This document shows positions 8,187 to 20,100 of a DNA stretch of 64,000 nucleotides, in pieces. Where the stretch lies: positions 18,476-82,475 of the forward strand of contig MGVC01000005.1 of the NCBI GenBank assembly GCA_001800285.1, given 5' to 3'. How positions within the stretch are numbered: the stretch's first letter is position 1; the number at the start of each line of letters is the position of its first letter. The DNA is from Elusimicrobia bacterium RIFOXYA2_FULL_39_19 (GTDB taxonomy: Bacteria; Elusimicrobiota; Endomicrobiia; CG1-02-37-114; XYA2-FULL-39-19). The translations under genes and the position numbers were made by a program. The notes beneath the pieces were generated by a model that was not told the origin of the DNA, made no database searches, and worked only from the letters and a program-made list of their open reading frames with translations.

Positions 8187-11100
8187 TTTATTATCCCCAG
8201 CTTAAATACTTTTCTCTCTCCCGTGCTTGACACAATAACCGCCAGATACCCGCCGCTTGCTAATTCAGAGCCGTTATTATTTTTTACATCCCAGTTAAAT
8301 GTACCGGATGATTCAATATAACTGTCAAAAACCAGTTCACCGCTTACCGTATAAATATATATTTTTACCGCTTCCGTAAGATTTTCAAATACTATACCGG
8401 ACTGCGAATTGCCCTGGCTGTAGGGAATACCGTTATCATCAGCACCGTCATAAGGCACATACGGGTTCGGATAAACCAACACATTATCAAGGTTATTTGA
8501 AGCAGCTGCAAATATACCAAAAAGGCTGAAATGGCCTACTTGTATAGATGCCGTATTATTAATTTTGTCTACTGTTGTTTCCGAATCCTTTTTCCAAATA
8601 CGGGATGATTCATCATAATAAAGGATTTTTATATTTTCTTCCCGCATATCCGTATCATCAATTATTCCGTCATTATCTTCATCTGCGTAAGCTATAATTA
8701 TAGTTACATTTTTCAATAAGGTTTTCTGCCCGCTTGCCAATTCAATACTTCTGAACATTCCCGCGGATTTATATTTCCTGTCTGATGACGGAATTGAAAG
8801 CGGGTTAATGGCTACTTTTACCAAATCAAAAGAACCGGAAAGAGCCCCCTCCGGGATAATAATTTCGGTAAAATGTTTTTTATTAATATCAGCTAACTTA
8901 ATGCTGTTTTCTACATTGTTATATATTTTCTGTGTTTTTTCCGGGACCCCATTTTGTATTTTTTCTTCCATATCAGGGCTTATTCTGTCAATGACTACAT
9001 TAACCGTTTCCGGATTATTGTCATAATTTCCTGTCTTATCATAAGCTACACACCTTAACTGATAATTCCCCTGCAAGAAATCAGATTCATTGCTTACATC
9101 CCAAAAATAGTTATAAGGGTATGTTGCATCCGGATTGGTAAACAACGAACCAGTAGAATAAATATTATGCCATTCATCCTCAGAAGCCTTCCTGTACTGG
9201 AAATAAACATACCTGATATCAGAACTCTCACCTGATGTTATCTCGCTGGTCAACGTTATCCTGTTGCCGCTTATTTTCTCGCCTTCTTTAGGCGCTGTTA
9301 TTTCAACCTTTGGCAAATCCACATAGTTTGATATATTTGTTATCCTGAATTCTGAAGACTTATAAGGAAATGTATTGTTTTTATCTGAAACCATAGTCTG
9401 GGGCACAATAGTCAAACCGCTAAACTCTTCAAGCCGTATACCGGTATAATCATTTTCTGTTGAATTCATTGAAAGATCTGTATAACCCACATCTCCTACA
9501 ATATATAGTTTTACTTCAGCGGTTGATATATAAAGACCGGTTGATTCTATTGATAGACTTGCCATTCCTGAAACGAAATTCATGTTTGGATTGGCTCCTG
9601 TTGAATGTGGAATGGATGAAATAAATACATCAGTTGTTGCATCAAATTTTCCATCACCATACGGAAAAGCAGCACTGGTTGCCTCTTTCCAGATACTCAG
9701 GCACGAAAAATCACCCTGGCCCTTTCCCGGAATAAGCGATGTTTCTACCGTACCTGTTTGTTTAAGCGTTATATTGGTAAGTAAAGCATGGTTAGTATTA
9801 GTTTTCAGCCGTAATAACATAAGCGGAACATTTTTGCTTCCATATTTCGTATATACAGGGGCATAATTTTCTGATTTTACAATCAGCCCTATAGGGGTTA
9901 CCGGGAGCAGGCTGGTTTTACAGTAATCAAAACTTGTTGAATTGCCTAACTGTACGCCGGTATTGGTTTCAAGTACCAATAATGGAGAAACATCGTGCGG
10001 CAATCTTAACTTTATCCAGCCGCTGTCTGGAATTTTCAGGCCTATTGTATTTCCAGCAACCGCATTATCACCCATATCGTAAGCTATGAAATATGTTTGA
10101 TTTGATGGATTAAGTTTCTGTATGTTTGTCAGATAAATCATTTTTGTTTTGCTTAAATCATTGCTTAAATCAAACATATCAACTTTTTTAATTAAATCAC
10201 CGGAATTTAATTGTTTTCTTACGGTACCGTACTTCCCGCGTTCAACTATCCTTAAAAACGGTTTCGGCCCTGTTGGCGTAATTGTAGTTCCCGCCAGGGA
10301 ATACCTCATAATCTCATCGCCTGCTTTTACAAGCAGCTGCTGTTGCCCGGTAGGGAAAGTTCCTGTAAGAGTAATCGTTGACTCAACTATCAAATCAAAA
10401 GGCAGTGGTGTATATATTGAGATATAATTATAGTATACCCCATCGGAACATAACGAACTTATTTTTGTTTCTGCCTCTGAGATGCACTGGTCATCGGCGT
10501 CAAGAATGTTGTTGTAGTTTGCGTCTCTAAATATTTTTATATACTTCACATCAGAGTTTCTTCCCTCCGGTTTTGTCTGGTCCAAAGGGCCGCCTGTGCC
10601 GGTACGCTCAACCTGAATAGCGTCCCAGTTACAATTGGATTTATCGGTACGCAGTTTTAGCCTCATCATTTCTACGTTTGACTGGGACTGAAATGCACCG
10701 CTTGCAAAATGCACGTAATAAGCGCTGTCTGATACAGTAGCAGATACAGCAACCTGAACTTCCTTTATTTCTGCTGTCTGAGTTATAAACGGAGCTGTAG
10801 GCCAGAGAAATTCTACACCATCCGGAACCTGTACAGTAAAATATGTTTTGTCCAGAATACTGGCTCCTACTGTTTTACTTATTTGGGCAAATTGGCTGAT
10901 ATCATAAGTTAAATAGTATGTCTGTAGTGTAGCGGTTATGGTTCTGGCGTCATAATAGTTGTCTTCTGTTTTAAGCAACAGCGTGGCAGCCTTTTCAGTG
11001 AACGTATCACTGCCATAAGTTATTAGGCCGCAAGGCTGGCTGTTTATCATAACTGTTGATTCAAACACGCTGTATTCAGAAGTAGATGTAATTACTTTCC

Positions 11101-14100
11101 AGATTTTAATCTTACTCACATCAGCATCTACTCCTGTCCCGGTTAAATTAACTTTTATGCTTTCCCATAAAGCGGTATTTCTATTTGTTTTCATTGACAA
11201 TTGTATTACTGGTACATTTTCTGCATAACGTTCTACAGTACTCATTAATTCTGATGAGGGGGTTATATACACAGTATCAACGGTTGCTACAATCGGCATA
11301 TTAGCAGTTTTTATAGGAAAGGCAGGTATCTCACCTAATCCAATAGGCACATAAGTTGATACTCTGTGCCGCATCTCTTCTGACGGATGATTTACGCCTA
11401 TTTTGTCCTCTCCTGTTATTTCTGCGCCAATTATTTCATTTTGCCAGGAAATAAGCGGATGAGAGAATTTAGCCGACGGGCTGACATCATAAGTTATGAA
11501 ATATGCCGTTGGCGTGGTAGTAACAAGTATATAACCCCTGTTAATTGCCGGGTCATTTAAGTAAAGGCGGCCTCTGGAATTATCATAAACGCCTGAACCA
11601 ACAAGCGTGTCAGCAGTTACAATTCCCCTGTATTCAGGTGAAGCAAATCTATCCAGCCTGCTGTTTCCATTATCATCACGGTAAACTTTTATATTTAGTA
11701 AATCACTGTCTGCACCGAATAATAAGTATGACGGCGTGGTACGGGTTATGGTAATGGTACCCATTTCCACCTGAAAACCGTCAGCCCATAAATCAAGTTT
11801 CTCTACTGCAAAGTTTTTCACTCCCTGAGTTACCTGCACGCCAAAAACTACACCCGATGAATGACTGGCAGCAAAACTGCCCAGAACACCACGGGTAATG
11901 CCTGTAATAGAATTTGCTGTTTTTCCCGTGTATTTTATAATTTCACTTTCTATAACTGCATAACCGCTTGCAGGAATTGCCAGTGTTGGCGTAGGACGGC
12001 CCAGGGAATCATTTGAAAACAGATAAAGGACATCTGCGCCTGCACTTAAATTTCCACTTAACCGCGGAACCTCGTAGGTTGAAAGTGTGCCTGTTTCTTT
12101 TGGGTCATCATCAGAAAAAATCGGGGCTGATTTTACAAATATAGTCCTGGGTGATGATGCTATTGTTTTTAAAGTGCTTTTCCAGGGAAGGCCGATGTCA
12201 TCCAGATTATCGGGTTCTGATATGAAATCATCTTCGGTTTGAACGAGATTATCTTCATCTGTCGGGAAGCTTTCTGCTGTAAGTCTTACACCAAGGTTTT
12301 TTGGGTCACCGGTTCTGGGGTTAGTGGTTAATGCAGTTTCGCTGATATCGTAAGTTATAAAGTATCTTTGCGATTTTGCTACTCCGGCTCTGGCGGCAGT
12401 AATTATTTCCTGTACCTTACTTGAATTAAATCTGATAAGGGTTGCTAACGCATCGCCGGCATTACTGAATGTTCCAGAACCTACCAAAACATCATAGTCT
12501 GTGCCTGCATAAAAATAAGGGGTTACCGGACTTTTATTTAACATTCTGTCATTATTTGCGTCATACCAGACTTTAACTACCGGTACTTCCTCCTGCACGG
12601 CGCCGCCATCGTAAGAGGCTGTACCGGTGGAATATATTCTGATTGCATACCACAAAGCTTCAGACAAATCCGTTTCCAGGGTAAACTGCGCCATAACATT
12701 ATCTACTGAACCCTGAACTAAATATTGTGTATAAATATAATCAGTTGGTTTCACCAATACATCATCAGGATATTCTTTAACCTGTGACACGTAAGATTCA
12801 GTCCACCCTGTTGCCGCCCATTCAGTGCCAATCCACTGGTTATTTCTAGGGCTTCTTAAACCTACCTGTGCCTGCACATTGCCCATATAATCCGGAGAAT
12901 TGATGGTGAAGTAACCGGTTGATGGAATTTCCACGCCCAGTTTAAGCGACGCATCTACCGTACAAACAGGGCTGTAATCAAAGGTAATAAAATAATTTTT
13001 AGGTGTTTGCCGGATTTCCTGCACCCCACTAACGTCACCTACTATATCCAGCCGTGCCGGGCCAGACACAATAGCTCCGCTGGTATGGGATTTAGCGGTA
13101 GTTTTATCCTGCCCGCGGACAACACCTGTAAACAAATTATTATCTTCATCAACCCCGGTATAAGTAACTATTTCAAGTTTTGACGGGTCCCCGTTATCAT
13201 CAATAATTAATTTACCCGGCGCCTTAGGCACAGAACAAAATGGCGGGAAGAAAACCCCAATATCAGCTACCTCAATTACACTGGCAGACTCATTAATACT
13301 TTCAGCTAATTCTGATACAGGAAACTCCATAAGTGAAAATTGCGGGTTCTGGTCAACCACCATCGAATCGGTAACTTCGAACATTCCGTCATTGTTGCTG
13401 TCATACCACAGCTGTATTTTATCTACATCTGTAGGCAGGCTGAGTGTTCCTTCCGGCACGCCTGATGTGGCATTTCTGTATATAGACCTATCAAGTTTCA
13501 GTCCGCCCCACAGGCCGGTTCTCTGAACTGTTGCCATGGTAAGTTTCATTACCGTTATGTTTGCATCACCCTGGGTTACTACCCCGGTTACAGTAAAATT
13601 CACGCTGGATACACTGGTTTCCTGTTTGTTTACGTTATAAACATTCAGTTCATCAACTGTGGCTGTCACTACAACTTTGGTAGATTCAATAGAGGCATAA
13701 GACTGCATAGCACCTTCTAATAAGGTTATGCCGTTTATCTGGGCACCGTGCGTATAACCGGGAGTAGCGGAATTTTCAATTTTGTAGGTTATAAAAAAGT
13801 ATCTGCTGGTACAATCAATTAACTGAGGTGTTGAAAGCATACACTGGGCGCTTCTGTCTGTAAACGGTACCCAGTTTGTCAACGCATCATCGCCTCCGGG
13901 TTCTAAAGCTCCGTTGGGGTTTGAACCAGCATCTATCCTGCCGTCATTCGGGCTGGAATCTTTTCCGTCCATATATATTTTTACGCCTACTATGTCATAA
14001 TCCTGGCCGGTGCCTGTTCTGCCTACTTTTATTTCGCTTATCGCCCCCTGAAACATAGGGGCGCTGAATGCTACCCTTAACATTCCAATATCAGATTCAC

Positions 14101-17100
14101 CCTGCTGCATGTAGGAGTAAGTAATAGGCTGTGTGGTGCCTTCAAGTTGGTAATAAGCGGCAATATCCGTTAACTGCGCATAAACTTTCGGCGGTGATTT
14201 TTCTACTGCCCAGGTGGTGGTAACTATTTCAAAATTGGCCTGGGACACACCAATAGTTCCTGAAGTTTGTATAGACTGGTAACTCTGCAACCGTAACCCA
14301 AAATATGTACCGGTAGTTGCGCTGGTGGCTATGCGCACTGCAATGAAATACGTTTTAGGTAAAGTATTTACTGAAACTTCTGGTTTTACGCTTAAATTTC
14401 TGAAGTACCAGGCGTCAGTGCCCGCATCATACTCAGCATCACAAAGTTTAGTGTCTGTTGGTTGGCCGCCACTTACAAGTTCCGGGTCAAAGTAATAGTT
14501 GCCGCTTGCGTCATAGTAAAGACTCATCTTACTAATACTGCTGGAAGGCGTATTGCCAAATTTTTCTACTTTTATCTGTTCCAGTTTTTCTGTAAGATTG
14601 GCTTCCACAGGCAGGGTTACCATAGTAAGTCCGGCCATACCAAACGGCTGGAAGTTTTCTACAATATCCCCGTCACCCTGATACACTTTCTTAGAAATAA
14701 CTCTTGATAGATAATTAGAACCTCTCAACAAATTTTCCGGGTCTAATATCGGTGTTACTTTTATGCCTGAAGTTACCAGGTTCGCATCTGAATGTGCTGT
14801 TTCAACTCTTGTGCTGTCATTAGTCCAGCCGTACACTACACCATCCGCAGGATAATCCAGCGCCTGAGTAACAGGAGATGCATAATGAGTAGCGCTGATT
14901 TTTAGTGATTCCTGCATCTGGTTGATTACCTGCAACCCCTGCCAGACACCGCTGTCACTTTCTGTATAAGCATAATAGGTTGCACTGCCGGGCATAGCTC
15001 TTAGTGTTACTGCGGTAGTGGAGCCGGTATGTGCAAACTTTATTATACCTTTATAATACTGACCGTTGGTGCTATCGCCGGATGCCACATTACCAAACCG
15101 GTCTCTGGCTTTTACGGTAACCGTGCCGTTTGAATTTACCGGCAATGGATTTGTTAAGGGATAACTGTGGTGAATTGTAAAAAACCTTGCAGGAGCAGGA
15201 GTGATATACTGGTTCTGTGTTGCAGATACTAACTGTATTGAACCGCAGGTTCCCTCAGCTCTCAATGTACTGGTACCGGCTTTTGTATCAAAGAAATATA
15301 TGGAATGCTCTGAAGAACCCGGGGGTATAATACCCGGCAGGAAACCGCCCTCGCAAATACTGGGCCAGTCAGCGCTAAGCATTAAATTTTTTAAAGGGTT
15401 TTCACCGGCACGGGCAGAAGTTGAATTTGTACAGGTATAAACTATGCTTGTAGCATCAGAAGAAATAGTAACATTATCTGACTGGTCCCTTAACTGGATA
15501 GTTATCACTGTAACGGTTTGAACACGGTTTGAATAAGAGCTTAATGGAACAGGTAAAACGGCTGATGAAAACGGATTGTAGCCTTGCACGGAATATGTAG
15601 AAACAACACTTCCTAAATTTCCGGAGCCGGTATACGCAATGGTTGTACCAGCAATTAATCTTCTTGATTCCGTTATAAAAACAAAATGATGGGGGTTCCC
15701 CGCAACTACTGAATAAGTCTGCACAGCTACAGCCCAATCTGTCTTTGCCGGGTTCTGCGCAGTTATTTGAAAATTCCCCAGATTGGTATCTATCATGTAA
15801 AAACTGGTGGTGTCATCACCTATATTTAACGTAACAATATCAACCGCAGGTTTTGCTACCCACCCGGAAGTAATATTTGGCGAAGCAAACCTCACATTCC
15901 CTGTACCGGTAGAATTAAGGTCAAAGATACTCATAACTTCTTCACCTGTAATTACCGGTGACGGGTTGGAAAACTTGTCCTGTGTCTGCAGTAAAAAAGC
16001 TGATGATGTAGTACCGGCCGCCAATATCTGATGAGATGATATTATGGCCAGTTTCTTTATTGGTGATGCCGTTATCGGTACGTATTGGCCGGAGCCCGGT
16101 GTTTCCCAACTTCCGCTTGAAGCTTTTACATGAGGCATGGTGGAAGCAGCAATATTATATGGCGGATAAGTTTTTGATGCTTTTGTATCTGCATACCAGA
16201 ACTGGGTGGCATATTGGCCGGCTGAAATTGAAGCCGTTGAGGTGTGCATCCACGGTGAAGATGTAAGTGAGAAGGAATAATTTCTGCCGTATTCCGTAGT
16301 GGCAATAGTATCCACTTCGCTTTCAAACGTTAACCTGTGCAAATAATCTATGCGCAATGAATTACCTGCCCCGGAATCACTCTGCAGGTTCATGGTAGTG
16401 TCTACGTTTACAGCTTTCGGGTTGCCGTAAGTATCCTGTGTTTCTATTTCAAGCACCTGCAAGCTATTCTGGTTGTTATAAACTATACCCGCCAGTAACG
16501 GCAGTGTGGTTGAAGGAATAACATCAAAACCTACCTGAGTTATAGCGCCCGGGTTTACATTAAATGTTGTTGAACCAACATAGATACCATACTCAACAGA
16601 AGCTGTCCATTTACCTATTGACGGACGCGCAGGCAGAGCGGCGGTAGCCGTGCCCTGAGAACCGTCTTCGCCTGCAGGCCATGAAGCATACATATCTGAA
16701 TACCTGAATGATGCCTGTGAATTGGCTGCAGGTACCGGCCATACTGCCGCGGACCATATAGGTATAGCTACATCATACATGCTCAGCATAGTATCGGTAG
16801 TTTTATTCCAATATTTCTTCTGTGAATTTAGTACAGAAGGTGAATCAGTTTTCAGCTGGGTGCCGATAGAAAGAGAAACTATGTTTGTTTCACCCGTCGG
16901 GTTATTCCAGTAATCGCGTTTTTCAAAAGTAAATACGGTAGATTTTATGTTACCCGCAGAAGCTTCAATGTCTGACGGTGTAGTTACAAACTGGAAGCGG
17001 TATAAATCACCGCCGGTAGTCATAATGTTTACAGATTTACCTGTAATGGTTGCACCCGCAGCGGTAGATACCTGCACCTTGGCATAATGGCCTCCGGTAG

Positions 17101-20100
17101 TGGATACCTCATAGTATAATTCTTTGCCTAGGCCGCCCACTTCACCATTGCTGTCGGTTGTAGTAGAAGTAATTACATTGCCGGAAGCATCTTTTATAGT
17201 TCCTGAAGAACCAAATACATCCACTACACTTAATACCGCGGAAATATTTGAACTTGAAACCTGGTTTTCATAAGAGTCGGCAATAAACGCTTTTACCTGC
17301 TGACGGTTAGGCACGCCGCCGGAGATGCCCGCTTTTACATAGATCGGGTCGGTCCACGGGCTTGGTATAGCAAATGCAAACTTGCTGGGGTCTCCCGGCC
17401 TTACTTCTATTACCGGTCTGTTTGAATATCCTGACCTATTGGCATCTATCAGGGAATCTGTGCTCTGGCGCCAGTTTATCCAGCGGGTACCAGCCTTTTT
17501 TAGTTGAATGGTAAATAAGTGTGAACCGGCATCTGCGTCAGTAAACACATAGTGTTCTCCGCCGCTGCCGGGTAGAGGTTCTGGATTCTGCAGTGAATTA
17601 TCAAAGTCCGTAGGAGCAATTTCTGCCAAGAACTGCACTTCACCGGTGTATCTGGTGCTTCCGGTAGAACATATATTGTGGTATCTGTCTTTTACATTTA
17701 TTCTTACATTGTAATCTGAACCAGCATAAGCCCAGGTAGAGCCGCGCACAGGGTCAATATAGCTTGTACCCTGCATGTAGTAGGCGGCGTCCGGCCATAT
17801 TCTTATCTGGCTGGATTCTTTAGAAGTATATTTTACAGCCGCGGTTGACCAGTCAACCGACACGCAGGTCCAGGAAGAAGAAGCAGTCAACGGCCTTACG
17901 CTGAAGGCTCTTGAACCGAAAGCCAAGCACTGTATGGTTGGCTCAGAATCCTGATAATCCCAGGTGGTTACCGTGCAGGAAGGCATATCTACACCTGACA
18001 TAATCCTGTTATACCAGATATCTGTTAATACAACATCTATGTTAAAGGCATCCCCGGCTGTATGCACAGTTGGCTGGGTATCGGTCCTGCCGTAAGGAGC
18101 AATGTTCCATTTTCCGGGAACGTGGGTTTCACCCGGCACCACCACAAGTAAAAATGCCGGCGAAGATGGATTTACTGTAAACTGCCTGCTGCTGACATCT
18201 GTAATATATCTCGGGTCAGAACCATCAACATCCTTGGTCCAGAGCATATGCCAGGTAGCAGCAGTTTTGAGCTGTATTTGAAAAGTATTGCTGGCGCTTA
18301 TGTCGCCGAGTGGTGACGTGGATGAATTGGCATCATAAGGGTCATTGGTTTCTACCGTCACTTCAGGCATGGTTATTCCGGGTAGTGACGGAAATATTCC
18401 TTTATTATAAGTATTGTAGTAGTTATCTACTAAGTTTACTGTTACTTCAAACACAGTACCGGCAGTCTGGGTTACCGGAGAACCTGTTTTACCGTTAGCA
18501 GTGCTAACATTTAAACCCCATGCCGGCGTTTCACCAGGAAGTATTATCTGGAGATGGTTCGGAGTGCCCGGTAGTACAGTGAAAGTGGATACGGTATAAT
18601 CCGGTGCACTGTTTGGATATTTTGTATAAGTACCATAAAGTTCTTCCGCAACTGCATAGTGGTAAGTGGCGGCACGTTTTAAACCAGTAGTGAAACTGGC
18701 TGTCTTGTAACCCGGGTCTGTACCGGTAATTGTTATCTGAGCTGGTTCTACATTATAAGGATCCGTAGGAGTGTATAGAACAATGGTTCCCTCTGCACCG
18801 GATACAATATTGAAGTTGCTGTCTGTAATGGCCACAGTAACATCAAATGGGGCACCAGCGGTTTGTTGTGATGGACTGCCTGTTTTACCATAAGGTGAGT
18901 TCATGTCAAAGTTTTGGCCTGGTAAAAGAACCAGAAGTTTTGAAGCTGTGTTGCTAACAACCGGGACCTTTGAGCTGGGCTGGGAATTAACCATAATTCC
19001 GGGATATCCCTCACCTTCCACCCAGCTAAATGCCGACATTCTTATACGCCAGCCGGTATTGCTGGATGTTGAAAAAACCCATTTTTCAGAATCATCTAAA
19101 ATATATTGTCCGTTTGAAACCCATATACTTCTCCCAGTTACCTGCGGGTCGTTAGGGTCACCGTCTGCTCCATCAGACATAAGTGTTAGAGTAGGATTTT
19201 CATCAGTCTGGTTATAACATTGGTCCAGGCATAAAACAGTTGTTTTAAAACCCACACCAGCAACCTGTGCTGTTGGGTTGGAAGCTTCCGTTTTTCCCGG
19301 TTGAGAGCCGGTAACTTTACCGTCAACATGGGTTTCACCCGGTACCAATATCTGAATTCTGTAGGGAACATTTGTAGTAATGGCTATGCTCTGGGTATAA
19401 TCATATTTATAATTACTGCAATAATCTGTAGTTGCTGTGATGATAGTATTTTTCTTTGTTACAAGCGTAATGCCAAATGTCGTAGTCCCGGAAAAAAGAG
19501 TTTTTGTACTGGGGTGCGTGTCATATAAATCATCGGTAATTATGCTGACATTTATTCCGGTAGTAGTTACTGAATTGTAATAGTCATCACATGCATCTAC
19601 GGTTACATTAAACGATTCTCCCGCTTTATGGCTGGTTGGATAATTATTGGACATTCTGCCTCTTGTAGAAATATTACCGGCATCCGGTAATTCCCCTGGA
19701 GCAAGAATTCTCAATCTTTTAGCACTTCCTGGAATTATGTTAACAATATTTGAATCATATGTACCCAGGCTTCCGGTTGCCCTAACTGTCCAGGTGGAAG
19801 CAGTATTCATCATTACGTTATTCCACACATTCTGTCCCATAGTTAAGCCCTGGCTTCTGGAATAACTACAATAAGGGTCTGTTACCGTTACAGACACCCC
19901 TCCCATTACAGCAGTGGAACATAAGTTATAATAATTATCCGTAACACGCACAGTTACAGGAAACACTACACCAGCTGTCTGAAAACTAACGCTATAATTT
20001 TTTCCTCCGGTTCCGTCACCAATTGGCTGCTGGGTTACATTTTCTCCATAAGGAGGCTTGCCGGGAGCAGGCACTTCATTCGGCAAGATTACATGGTAAC

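Noticed and set aside
8808-19865. About twenty + strand and off-frame minus-strand ORFs (60-104 aa) inside the giant gene
   Set aside because: They sit inside an uninterrupted 12.7 kb ORF whose translation has coherent repeated domain structure. The short ORFs have no motifs or RBSs.
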